64,000 nt of DNA from an uncultured Acidobacteriaceae bacterium (GCA_963727295.1 CAVSFL010000009.1:93014-157013); one strand, 5' to 3'; numbered from the stretch's first letter, positions 45,388 to 53,982 are shown. The notes: generated by a model from the letters alone, not told the origin. Made by a program: numbers and translations.

Positions 45388-47658
45388 TTGACTGAGCTGC
45401 GCAATCAGACGGAGTTGCGAGACGACACCTGCGACATCACATCGCTGTCGGCTCCGCTGAATTCTGTCTCCACGGTCACCCTTACGCTGCGGGTTTCCGA
45501 AGCCTGCGTCGAAGACATTGGACATGCGGTCGCGCGGGTTGCGCCCGCCGATCTCGCGCGCATGGGAGCACAAGCTGGAGATGTGCTGAAGATTACTGGC
45601 TCGACTGTAGCCGTTGCGCGCGCGGAGCTCGCTCACGAGCGCATGGCGGGCATGATCCAGATCGACGGCACCACTCGCAGCAATTGCGGCGCCGGATTAC
45701 AGGAGCAGGTAACGGTCGCGCGCACCGCGCACGAGCAGGCGGTCGCGGTTCGCTTCACGCCGTTGTGGGTAGGAGCCGCACCAGCGACGGTCGCTCCCGA
45801 TCGCATACTCGAAGATCTGGTCGGCGTTCCGGTGACTACCGGCTCCGCAGTTCGCGTGCCGACGTTCGCCAAGGCAGTCAACTTCCAGGTTGTTCGCACG
45901 ATCCCTTCCGGACCGGTGGTGATCGGAAAGCGCACCGACATCCGAATCGTGGAAGGCGAGTCAGCGCCCGGACGCGCTCCATCAGTGTCGTATGAAGATA
46001 TCGGAGGCCTGGAGCGTGCGGTAACGCGCGTACGTGAGATCGTGGAGCTGCCGCTGCGGCACTCTCGGCTGTTCGAGCGTCTGGGAGTTCTCGCACCCAA
46101 GGGCGTGCTGCTATATGGCCCTCCCGGCACAGGCAAAACTCTGTTGGCACGCGCTGTGGCAGCGGAAAGTCGCGCGCACTTCATTCATCTCAACGGCCCC
46201 GAGATCATGCGGAAATTCTATGGCGAGAGTGAAGCCAAGCTCCGTGAGGTCTTTGAGGAAGCCGCGCGCCATGCGCCCGCCATCCTCTTCATCGATGAGA
46301 TCGACGCTGTCGCTCCCAAGCGCACGGAAGTAATCGGCGAGGTTGAGAAGCGGGTTGTGGCGCAGCTTCTGAGCTTGCTGGACGGCTTTGTCGCGCGCGG
46401 GCAGGTCATCGTCATCGGCGCGACGAATATTCCTGAGGTGCTGGATCCGGCGCTGCGCCGTCCCGGTCGCTTCGATCGCGAAATCGAGATTGGCGTTCCC
46501 AACACCGAAGCGCGGTTAAAGATCCTGCGAATCCACACGCGTGCCATGCCGCTCGCGCCAGATGTTGAGCTGCACGAGATCGCTGACCACTCGCACGGCT
46601 TCGTAGGCGCTGATCTGGAGGCGTTGTGTCAGGAAGTCGGCATGATTGCTCTGCGCCGCTTCCTCGCTACCGCTCCCGTCGACGCTGATGGAGTCTCGTC
46701 GCTGGACGCCACTTCCCTGCACGTTACCCGCGACGATTTTCTGACCGGCTTAAAAGAAGTCGAACCCAGCGCGACGCGCGAGTTCTTCATTGAAAAGAGC
46801 ACGACGACATTCGCCTCGCTGGGAGGGCTCGATCGCGCAAAACGGCTGCTGGATGCGGTGATCGAGCACTCGCACGTTCACGACGAGCTTTACGAAAAAG
46901 TTGGGCTCACTCCGCCGCGCGGTATTCTCCTCTCCGGGCCATCGGGTACAGGAAAGACCGCGCTGGCACGTGCGCTCTCCGGCGAGAAGGACCTTCCGCT
47001 GATCGCAATCGATGGGCCGCAGCTGTACTCGAAGTGGCTGGGCGAATCGGAGCGAGCACTGCGCGAAGTCTTCAAGAAGGCCAGACGGGCGGCGCCCTGC
47101 ATTCTGTTCTTCGACACGATCGACGCTATCGCGCCCCGGTTTGGCGGCGATCAGTTCGGCAGCGATGTCTATCAGCGAATTCTCAGCCAGCTATTGCGCG
47201 AAATCGACAACCTGCGCGATGTGAAGGGCGTGATCCTCGTGGCAGCCAGCAATCGTCCCGATCGAATTGAGCCTGCGCTCCTGCGCAGCGGCCGCTTCGA
47301 TTACGTCGTCAGCTTCGCCAATCCTGACGTCGCCGAGCGCGCCGCCATTATGCGGCTGTGTTGCCGGCAGGTTCCGCTGGCGTCTGACGTCGACTTTGAT
47401 GAATTCGCCGTAAGAACCGAAGGATTCACCGGCGCCGATCTCGAGAGCTGGTGCAAGAAGGCGACGCTTCAGGCGATCGCCGACTTTAAGGACACTGATG
47501 AAACCAAGTTGTTCGTGGTCTCGCGCGGCGATTTCCTGAAGGCGCTCGAAGTCGATTACGGCAGTTTCACCCAGTTCGACAAAGCTCCAGCACGACGCAA
47601 CGTTACCGAGATTCACGCCTCCACGTATTTCGGAGGCACTTACGAGGGTCGATCATGA
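45388..47658 (+). CDS. Cdc48/VCP-like double-ring AAA+ ATPase (N domain + D1 + D2)
   Basis: TTG start. Cdc48-N-like domain GDVLKITG...IQIDGTTRSNCGAGLQEQVTV. Two AAA modules: GPPGTGKTLLARAVA/ILFIDEIDA and GPSGTGKTALARAL/ILFFDTIDA, each with an SRH (RPGRFDREIEIG, RSGRFDYVVSF). Confidence 0.9.
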   Translation: MTELRNQTELRDDTCDITSLSAPLNSVSTVTLTLRVSEACVEDIGHAVARVAPADLARMGAQAGDVLKITGSTVAVARAELAHERMAGMIQIDGTTRSNCGAGLQEQVTVARTAHEQAVAVRFTPLWVGAAPATVAPDRILEDLVGVPVTTGSAVRVPTFAKAVNFQVVRTIPSGPVVIGKRTDIRIVEGESAPGRAPSVSYEDIGGLERAVTRVREIVELPLRHSRLFERLGVLAPKGVLLYGPPGTGKTLLARAVAAESRAHFIHLNGPEIMRKFYGESEAKLREVFEEAARHAPAILFIDEIDAVAPKRTEVIGEVEKRVVAQLLSLLDGFVARGQVIVIGATNIPEVLDPALRRPGRFDREIEIGVPNTEARLKILRIHTRAMPLAPDVELHEIADHSHGFVGADLEALCQEVGMIALRRFLATAPVDADGVSSLDATSLHVTRDDFLTGLKEVEPSATREFFIEKSTTTFASLGGLDRAKRLLDAVIEHSHVHDELYEKVGLTPPRGILLSGPSGTGKTALARALSGEKDLPLIAIDGPQLYSKWLGESERALREVFKKARRAAPCILFFDTIDAIAPRFGGDQFGSDVYQRILSQLLREIDNLRDVKGVILVAASNRPDRIEPALLRSGRFDYVVSFANPDVAERAAIMRLCCRQVPLASDVDFDEFAVRTEGFTGADLESWCKKATLQAIADFKDTDETKLFVVSRGDFLKALEVDYGSFTQFDKAPARRNVTEIHASTYFGGTYEGRS

Positions 47659-48311
47659 GCTACACAGAACTCACGGTTTGGACACGCGGCATCATTATGG
47701 ACAAAGAAGGCCGCGACATCGTCAACTCCGTCGCCGCTGCCGCCCGCAAGGAGGGCAAGCAGTCGCAGGCGATGGAGAACTACGTCGACAATCCCGATCG
47801 CACCAACGCGCCGACGCGCAAGTATTGCCGCGTCAGCGACGGGGTGATCGAGAACGCGCTCACCTACGAAAACGAGAATCCCAACATCGTCGTGCTGGTC
47901 GAAGGAACGATGGTGAAGGGTTGGGATTACATGCGCGGCATGCCTCCGGGCGGCACGCTGATTATCAACACACACTACACGCCGGATTACGTGCTGCGTT
48001 TCGTTCCCGGTCCGGAGCGACTGGCGCAGCTGGTGTGCGTCGATGCCGCCAAGCTGGCCGATCACAAATGGCTTTACTACCGGCTGGGCGAATTGGGCCT
48101 GGACCGGCTGTCGACGGAAGGCGCGGCTGAGCGCAGCAAGCTGGTCGCGCCTGACATTGCGGCTCCGCTGATTGCGGCGGTCGTGAAGACCACCGGCATT
48201 GTGAAGCGCGAGACCATCGAGCCCATGATCGCCAACAAGAAAGCATTCGAGATGGCAATGAACGAGTTGCACATCATGCCGCTGAACGCGGAAGTTCAGG
48301 TAGGAGCTTAG
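47655..48311 (+). CDS. 2-oxoacid:ferredoxin oxidoreductase, gamma-subunit-like protein
   Basis: 218 aa. Layout is like POR/VOR gamma (…NIVVLVEG…GGTLIINT…). Its ATG overlaps the Cdc48-like TGA (ATGA at 47655-47658). Confidence 0.65.
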   Translation: MSYTELTVWTRGIIMDKEGRDIVNSVAAAARKEGKQSQAMENYVDNPDRTNAPTRKYCRVSDGVIENALTYENENPNIVVLVEGTMVKGWDYMRGMPPGGTLIINTHYTPDYVLRFVPGPERLAQLVCVDAAKLADHKWLYYRLGELGLDRLSTEGAAERSKLVAPDIAAPLIAAVVKTTGIVKRETIEPMIANKKAFEMAMNELHIMPLNAEVQVGA

Positions 48312-48315
48312 ACAC

Positions 48316-50148
48316 ATGTCGACCAAAGGCACTCACATCCCCGACCGGCTCAAGATCACGTTCGCCGGCATTACTCCCGCACCAACACAGGAGAAAGGTC
48401 AGGACCTGTTTCCCACCGGCAACTGGCGCTCGATTCGGCCGGTTTACCGCGACAAGCTTCCACCGTGCAACAACGCTTGCGGCACCAACGAAAAGATTCA
48501 GGGCTATCTCGATCTGGTGAAGCGCGGCAAATATCTCGATGCCTATGCGCTGATCAAGGAGGACATGCCCTTCCCTTCCGTCACTGGGCGTGTGTGTTAT
48601 CACCCGTGCGAGCAGGCCTGCAATCGCGGCAAATATGACGAAGCGATTTCGATTCGCGCGGTCGAGCGCTTCCTCGGCGATCTCGGTCAGGCGCTGACCA
48701 ACGATGTGGTGAAGGCGGGCAAGCCGAACGGCAAGAAGGTCGCGATCGTTGGCTCGGGTCCGGCGGGGCATAGTGCGGCGTATCAACTCGCGCGGCTCGG
48801 CTACAAAGTGACGATCCTGGAGAAGTCGCCCAAGCCCGGCGGACTGAATCGCGGCGGCATTCCGGTGTGGGTGCTTCCTCCGGACATTCTGGATCGTGAG
48901 ATCGAGCGCCTGGTACAGATGGGCGTCGAGATCAAGTGCAACGTCGAAGTCGGCAAGGACGTCAGCTGGGACGATCTGAAGAAGAATTACGATGCCTGCG
49001 TGCTGGCGGTTGGGCTGATCAACTCGAACAGCGTCCGCGCTGAAGGCGAAGACAAGCAAGGCGTGATCTACGGCCTGCCTTACCTGCGCGACATCGGCAT
49101 GGGCACGTCGAAGGTGAAGCTTGGTCCTCGTGTGGCCGTCATCGGCGGTGGCAACACGGCGATCGATTGCGCTCGCGAAGCGTTGCGGCAAGGCGCGGTC
49201 GAAGTCACGATGATTACGGTCGAGTCCAACAAAGAAGAGCTGCCGTGCGTGGCTGAAGACCTTCACGACATGATGCAAGAAGGCGTGGAAATCTTGCACT
49301 CCCGCGCCATGACGGCGGTGCTGGGCAACGGCAAGGTGGAAGCGCTGCAGCTGCATCCGGCGCGGTTCTCCGGCGCGATCAATGCTTCGCCCATCGACAT
49401 TGACCGCGATTCGCCGGCGGACAAGTTCGGCGTGGATAACGTCATCATCGCCGTCGGGCAGCATGCCTCGCTGAACTGGGTGCCTGCCGAGTTCAAGAAC
49501 GAGCGCGGCAACCTCAAGACGGATCGCTTCGGCCGTCTTGGCGACTCTAACTTTTTCGCGGCCGGTGACGTGGTGCAGCTGGGCACCGGGATTCAGTTGA
49601 TGGTGGTGAACGCTGTCGGCGACGGCAAGCGGGTCGCGTTCAATATGGACAAGGTCCTGCGCGGCGAAGAGCTGCAGCCGCGCTCGATTCCGGTCGATGT
49701 CATCTTCGATCTGAATCGCATGAACATGACCTACTTCCCGCACTTCCCGCGCGTGCAGCAGGAGATGCTAGCCCCGAACAGCCGCAAGAAGACATCGCAG
49801 GAAGTGATTCTGGGATACAGCGAAGAGCAGGCAGTCGAAGAGGCGGCGCGCTGTTTCAGCTGCGGAACGTGTAATGCTTGTGACAACTGTTACCTGGTTT
49901 GTCCCGAGCCTTGCATTGCGCGGCCGGAGCGCTCGAACGGCCTGTACAAGATTCTGATCGACTACTGCAAAGGCTGTCGCGTGTGCATCGAGGAGTGTCC
50001 AACGGGATGCCTGGAAGGCGTTCCCGAGCTCGACTTCGACACCGGCGTGGTGAGAATGGATACGGCGTTCGCAATCTCACCCGGACTGCACGGACGGCAG
50101 GCGGAACAGTTAAGGCAGCTGGCCGAGCAACCGGCGAAAAACATTTAG
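48316..50148 (+). CDS. GltD-like NAD(P)H flavoprotein fused to a 2x[4Fe-4S] ferredoxin (OFOR delta-like) domain
   Basis: N-terminal Cys cluster (PCNNAC...CYHPCEQAC), the dinucleotide fold VAIVGSGPAGHSAAYQLARLG plus a second VAVIGGGNTAIDCA. The C-terminus carries CFSCGTCNACDNCYLVCP and CKGCRVCIEECP. Confidence 0.8.
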   Translation: MSTKGTHIPDRLKITFAGITPAPTQEKGQDLFPTGNWRSIRPVYRDKLPPCNNACGTNEKIQGYLDLVKRGKYLDAYALIKEDMPFPSVTGRVCYHPCEQACNRGKYDEAISIRAVERFLGDLGQALTNDVVKAGKPNGKKVAIVGSGPAGHSAAYQLARLGYKVTILEKSPKPGGLNRGGIPVWVLPPDILDREIERLVQMGVEIKCNVEVGKDVSWDDLKKNYDACVLAVGLINSNSVRAEGEDKQGVIYGLPYLRDIGMGTSKVKLGPRVAVIGGGNTAIDCAREALRQGAVEVTMITVESNKEELPCVAEDLHDMMQEGVEILHSRAMTAVLGNGKVEALQLHPARFSGAINASPIDIDRDSPADKFGVDNVIIAVGQHASLNWVPAEFKNERGNLKTDRFGRLGDSNFFAAGDVVQLGTGIQLMVVNAVGDGKRVAFNMDKVLRGEELQPRSIPVDVIFDLNRMNMTYFPHFPRVQQEMLAPNSRKKTSQEVILGYSEEQAVEEAARCFSCGTCNACDNCYLVCPEPCIARPERSNGLYKILIDYCKGCRVCIEECPTGCLEGVPELDFDTGVVRMDTAFAISPGLHGRQAEQLRQLAEQPAKNI

Positions 50149-50155
50149 GAGGTTT

Positions 50156-50255
50156 TCACCACGGAAGCACAGAAGACACGGAAGAAAACCAATAAGAATG
50201 AAGTAGAGAATGAAATAAGAAATCTTGTTCCGTGTATGCCGAGCTTCCGTGGTGA
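50156..50255. repeat. 100-nt purine-rich long hairpin repeat (copy 1)
   Basis: TCACCACGGAAGC (50156-50168) pairs with GCTTCCGTGGTGA (50243-50255). ACACGGAA pairs with TTCCGTGT. The element starts 8 nt after the stop at 50148. Confidence 0.85.
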
Positions 50256-50288
50256 TACCCAGACCCGAATCGTTGTAATGGAGAAATC

Positions 50289-51497
50289 ATGGCAACGGCA
50301 CCAACCTTGAGCAAGAAGACAGTTCGCATCAACGGCTGCGTCGCATCGGCGCAGGCCGCAAAGTATGCGGACGTCGATGTGATTACGGCTTATCCGATCC
50401 GGCCTTACACGGCGACCATGATGGCGCTGGCGCAGATGGTGGCGAACGGCGAACTCGACGCCGAATACATCGTTGCTGACAGCGAGCACTCGCAACTCAG
50501 CATTGCTCATGGCGCTTCGTCGAGCGGTGCGCGCGTCTTTACCGGGAGCTCCGGCGTCGGCGTGCAGTATGCGTACGAGCTGTATTCGCCCATCTCCGGC
50601 AGCCGCATGCCGGTGCAGATGATGATTGCCGATCGCACGCTCGATCCGCCCGGCGACTTCGGCTCCGAGCACACGGACGCGCTGTCGACACGCGACATGG
50701 GCTGGCTGATGGGCTGGTCGTGCGACGCGCAGGAGGCGTTCGACAATCACTTGATGGCGTATCGCATCGGCGAGGATCGGCGGGTGTTGCTGCCGCAGAT
50801 GGTGTGCCAGGATGGCTTCTTCGTCTCGCACATCACGAGCGATGTCGAGCTGCCGGATTCCGGGCAGGTGAAGGAATTTCTGCCGCCGTACAAGCATCCC
50901 TATCCGCTGGATCCGCGGCATCCGGTATCGCACGGCCCGCAGATCATGCCGGAGCAAGGTCCGCCGCTCCAGTTGGAGCGCGCACGTGCGATGGAAGAGT
51001 CGATGGCGGTGATCGAAGAAGTGCATGAGGAATTCGCGCGCATCTTCGGCCGCCGTTACGATCCCTGGGTCGAGGAGTACATGACCGATGGCGCTGACGT
51101 GGTCTTCTATCTGCAGGGCGGCCATGGGGTGACGGCGCGTTATGCCATCCAGCACATGCGCAACGAAGGCCTGAAGGTTGGCATGGTTCGGCTGCGGACG
51201 ATCCGGCCCTACCCCACCGATCGCGTGAACGAAGTGCTGAGCAAGTTCAAAGTGGTTGGCGTGATCGAGACGAACCTCGGATTGGGCAGCGTCGCCAGTG
51301 GTGGTTCGCTCTACGCTGAAGTGTGCGCAGCGCTGTATGAGAGCCCGAAGCGGCCGCTGGTGATGTCGTTCATGGCCGGCCTGGGAGGCGAAGCGATCGT
51401 GCTGAAAGAGTTTTATTGGATGACCAAGAAGATGAGCGAAGCGATGAAGCGCGGCAAGATTGAGAAGCGCACGCATTGGGTGGGATTCGAGGAGTAG
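50289..51497 (+). CDS. 2-oxoacid:ferredoxin oxidoreductase alpha subunit
   Basis: GGAGAAA RBS. ...ITAYPIRPYT...SEHSQLSIAHGASSSGARVFTGSSGVG... is a POR/VOR alpha pattern. Confidence 0.85.
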   Translation: MATAPTLSKKTVRINGCVASAQAAKYADVDVITAYPIRPYTATMMALAQMVANGELDAEYIVADSEHSQLSIAHGASSSGARVFTGSSGVGVQYAYELYSPISGSRMPVQMMIADRTLDPPGDFGSEHTDALSTRDMGWLMGWSCDAQEAFDNHLMAYRIGEDRRVLLPQMVCQDGFFVSHITSDVELPDSGQVKEFLPPYKHPYPLDPRHPVSHGPQIMPEQGPPLQLERARAMEESMAVIEEVHEEFARIFGRRYDPWVEEYMTDGADVVFYLQGGHGVTARYAIQHMRNEGLKVGMVRLRTIRPYPTDRVNEVLSKFKVVGVIETNLGLGSVASGGSLYAEVCAALYESPKRPLVMSFMAGLGGEAIVLKEFYWMTKKMSEAMKRGKIEKRTHWVGFEE

Positions 51498-51512
51498 AAG
51501 GTTTATATAGAG

Positions 51513-51639
51513 GTGTCATCCTGAGCGGAGGCGCGCTTCCGTTGCGCGCCGCAGTCGAAGGACCGCTACAGTCAAGCCGATATAGGGGTCCCTCGACTCC
51601 GGCGGCCAAACGAGGGCCGCCTGCGCTCGGGATGACACC
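51513..51639. repeat. 127-nt long palindromic element (GTCATCCTGAGCG-type)
   Basis: GGTGTCATCCTGAGCGGAGGCG (5') and CGCCTGCGCTCGGGATGACACC (3') are near-perfect reverse complements. An inner pair is GTCGAAGGACC / GGTCCCTCGAC. Confidence 0.85.
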
Positions 51640-51657
51640 ACATTAAAGAGTTTGTGC

Positions 51658-51722
51658 AGTCGGCTGAAGCCGACTCAAGGCAAAATGATAGCGGGAACGC
51701 GGCGCTAAAGCGCCGCACTACC
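51658..51722. repeat. REP-like modules upstream of the OFOR beta gene
   Basis: AGTCGGCTGAAGCCGACT (51658-51675) and GCGGCGCTAAAGCGCCGCACTACC (51699-51722). The latter is the reverse complement of the GGTAGTGCGGCGC module. Confidence 0.8.
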
Positions 51723-51745
51723 GAACAAGATCGGGAGGAACGATC

Positions 51746-52810
51746 ATGGCGACCATTGAAGTGCAACGGCAGCTGCTGCCGATTCTGGACAGTCCGAATC
51801 AGGGAGCGCGTTTCTACAACCCTGAATTACCGTCGAGCGAACCGTTTGTTCCCGGTCATCGCACCTGTGCCGGCTGCGGCCCGTCGATTCAGTACCGCAT
51901 GACGAGCAAGGCCGCGGGCGACAACACCATCCTGATCGGACCGACGGGATGCATGTACGTGGCGAACAGCTCGTACTTGTGTACGCCCTACAACGTGCCG
52001 TGGGCGCACACGCAGATCGGCAGCGCGGGCAGCTTCACCGCCGGCGTGGCGGCCGCGTACGAAGCCATGATTCGCAAAGGAAAGTGGCAGGGGAAATTTC
52101 CCAACATCATCTGCGAAGCGGGCGATGGCAGCGCGTCTGACATCGGCATCGGATCGGTGTCAGGCGCGCTCTATCGCGATCACGATTGCCTGATCATCTG
52201 CTACGACAACGAGCAGTATGCGAACACGGGCATTCAGGCATCGTCGCGCACGCCATACGGCGGCATGACGACGTTCTCGCCTCCGGGGCCAAACATTCCG
52301 CAGGCCAAGAAGCTGTTCCCCAAGGAACTGGCGCGCATGATGGCGGCCGGCCATCCGCACTGTTACGTCGCGACGGCCAGCGTAGGCTATCCCATCGACC
52401 TGATGAACAAGGTGCGCAAGGGCCTCAACCACAAGGGCGCAGCGTTCCTGATGGTCTACACGCCGTGCCAGAAGGGCTTTGTGTACGAGACGCCGCGGTC
52501 GATCGATCTGGGCAGGCTCGTCGTCGAGTGCGGACTATATCCGATGTGGGAGTGGAATCCGGAGAAGCGCGAGTTCGACTACAGCTTCCGTCCGCAGAGC
52601 ATGCGGCCGGTGTCGGAATACCTGAAGCTGCAAGGACGCTTCGGTCACTTGCACGCTGAGCACATTGCAACCCTGCAGCAGTTCGCCAATCAGCAGTGGC
52701 GCATGCTGGGCATCGCGTTGCCCGAGGCATTGATCAAGGCAGCGGATGCCAAGAACGTAGTAGACATGGCGGCGGCGCAAGAGGCCGCGGTGGTAGCGGA
52801 GACCGTATGA
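51746..52810 (+). CDS. 2-oxoacid:ferredoxin oxidoreductase beta subunit (TPP-binding)
   Basis: GGGAGGA RBS. CAGCGPSI..., GDGSASDIGIGS (TPP GDG motif) and NEQYANTG. Confidence 0.85.
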   Translation: MATIEVQRQLLPILDSPNQGARFYNPELPSSEPFVPGHRTCAGCGPSIQYRMTSKAAGDNTILIGPTGCMYVANSSYLCTPYNVPWAHTQIGSAGSFTAGVAAAYEAMIRKGKWQGKFPNIICEAGDGSASDIGIGSVSGALYRDHDCLIICYDNEQYANTGIQASSRTPYGGMTTFSPPGPNIPQAKKLFPKELARMMAAGHPHCYVATASVGYPIDLMNKVRKGLNHKGAAFLMVYTPCQKGFVYETPRSIDLGRLVVECGLYPMWEWNPEKREFDYSFRPQSMRPVSEYLKLQGRFGHLHAEHIATLQQFANQQWRMLGIALPEALIKAADAKNVVDMAAAQEAAVVAETV

Positions 52811-53196
52811 ACAAAGAAGCAACCGAACCCGGAAATGAACCCGAAGTTGAACCAGAAGGCCAGGAAAGTTACATCGTCACCGAAGGCAAGAAGCGCGGAT
52901 CCACGCGCGATGTGCGTCCCGAGGCAGCGTACGACCGTTACTTCACGGTGATGCGCGTGCATCCCGGCGATGCCATCCTGACCGACAACTGGCACACCAA
53001 CGAAGTGCTGAACCACGCGCGCAAGAACTTCGAAGGGGTGACCTTCGCCATGCGGACGCTGGAAGCCTGGGGGGCGATGGTGGAGAACGATCATCGCGCC
53101 TATTACACCGCGGGTGGGCGCATCTGGGTGATGGATCTGGAACCCGCGGAAGGCAAGAAGCCGCGAATGGCGGACACGGGATCAAGCAAGAATTAA
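52807..53196 (+). CDS. Hypothetical 129-aa protein translationally coupled to the OFOR beta gene
   Basis: ATG 52807 overlaps the TGA at 52808-52810. Acidic N-terminus, then a globular part (YFTVMRVHPGDAILTDNWHTNEVLNHARKNFEG...). No recognisable family. Confidence 0.55.
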   Translation: MNKEATEPGNEPEVEPEGQESYIVTEGKKRGSTRDVRPEAAYDRYFTVMRVHPGDAILTDNWHTNEVLNHARKNFEGVTFAMRTLEAWGAMVENDHRAYYTAGGRIWVMDLEPAEGKKPRMADTGSSKN

Positions 53197-53201
53197 GATT
53201 C

Positions 53202-53278
53202 TCACCACGGAAGCACGGAAGACACGGAAGAAAATGAAGACAAAATTCCATTCCGTGCATTCCGTGCTTCCGTGGTGA
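53202..53278. repeat. 77-nt purine-rich long hairpin repeat (copy 2)
   Basis: TCACCACGGAAGCACGGAA (53202-53220) pairs with TTCCGTGCTTCCGTGGTGA (53260-53278). Same family as 50156-50255. Confidence 0.85.
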
Positions 53279-53293
53279 CTCCTCTGGTTTCAC

Positions 53294-53656
53294 TTGTCGC
53301 GCATCCTGCTCATCGACGACACGCCGGAAACGGCGGAACTGCTCGCGTTCGCGTTGCGCGATCGCGGCTACGAAGTTTTTGTCGATGGCTATACCACAAC
53401 GCTCAATGAAGTGATCCGTGAGCAACGCGCCGACGCGGTGGTGCTTAACCTGACTACCTGGGACATGAGCGAGTCGCTCTTCGACAGCGTGCGCGACGAC
53501 GGCGGGCACAACGAATTCCCGGTCGTCATTATCAGCGACACGCCGGAGAAGGCGGAGCCAAGCCTGCGCTCGCGGAAGGCGCGCAAAGTCTTGCTCGTCC
53601 AGAAACCATTTACCGGTGGGCAGGTTGCGGCGGCGCTTGCCCAACTGCTGGAGTAA
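53294..53656 (+). CDS. Stand-alone receiver (CheY-like) domain lacking the phospho-acceptor Asp (pseudo-receiver)
   Basis: TTG start. ILLIDDT (acidic pair present), AVVLNLTTW where receivers have D (Asn52, AAC at 53447-53449), and VVIISD...QKPF (T/S and K positions present). Confidence 0.7.
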   Translation: MSRILLIDDTPETAELLAFALRDRGYEVFVDGYTTTLNEVIREQRADAVVLNLTTWDMSESLFDSVRDDGGHNEFPVVIISDTPEKAEPSLRSRKARKVLLVQKPFTGGQVAAALAQLLE

Positions 53657-53658
53657 CG

Positions 53659-53982
53659 ATGTCGACGTGGAGCATGGACGAGTGGCAGTACCTGGAGCGT
53701 GAGGTCGTCACCGATCCCAAAGGCAGAAAGTGGACGGTGGCGCTCATGGACGTCCTTGGGCAGCAGGGCGATCCCGAGATGCCCAGCAAGCTGCTCGAAC
53801 TCCAGTATTCCTCGGGACGCTATTTCACGCTGGTCTACGCACCCGGCGGCGGCTTGCAGCGCGAGCGCGGTTACACAACGTTAGAGGATGCGAACGAAGC
53901 TTACCAGGTGCTGCTGATGGGAGTCATCGACGGCAGCGTCGATCCGGCGCAGCCGGTGTTTCGGCAGGATCTGGAAGACTGA
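53659..53982 (+). CDS. Hypothetical 107-aa protein co-transcribed with the pseudo-receiver
   Basis: The ATG lies 2 nt after the receiver stop. No recognisable motif. Coding status rests on position and ORF integrity only. Confidence 0.45.
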   Translation: MSTWSMDEWQYLEREVVTDPKGRKWTVALMDVLGQQGDPEMPSKLLELQYSSGRYFTLVYAPGGGLQRERGYTTLEDANEAYQVLLMGVIDGSVDPAQPVFRQDLED

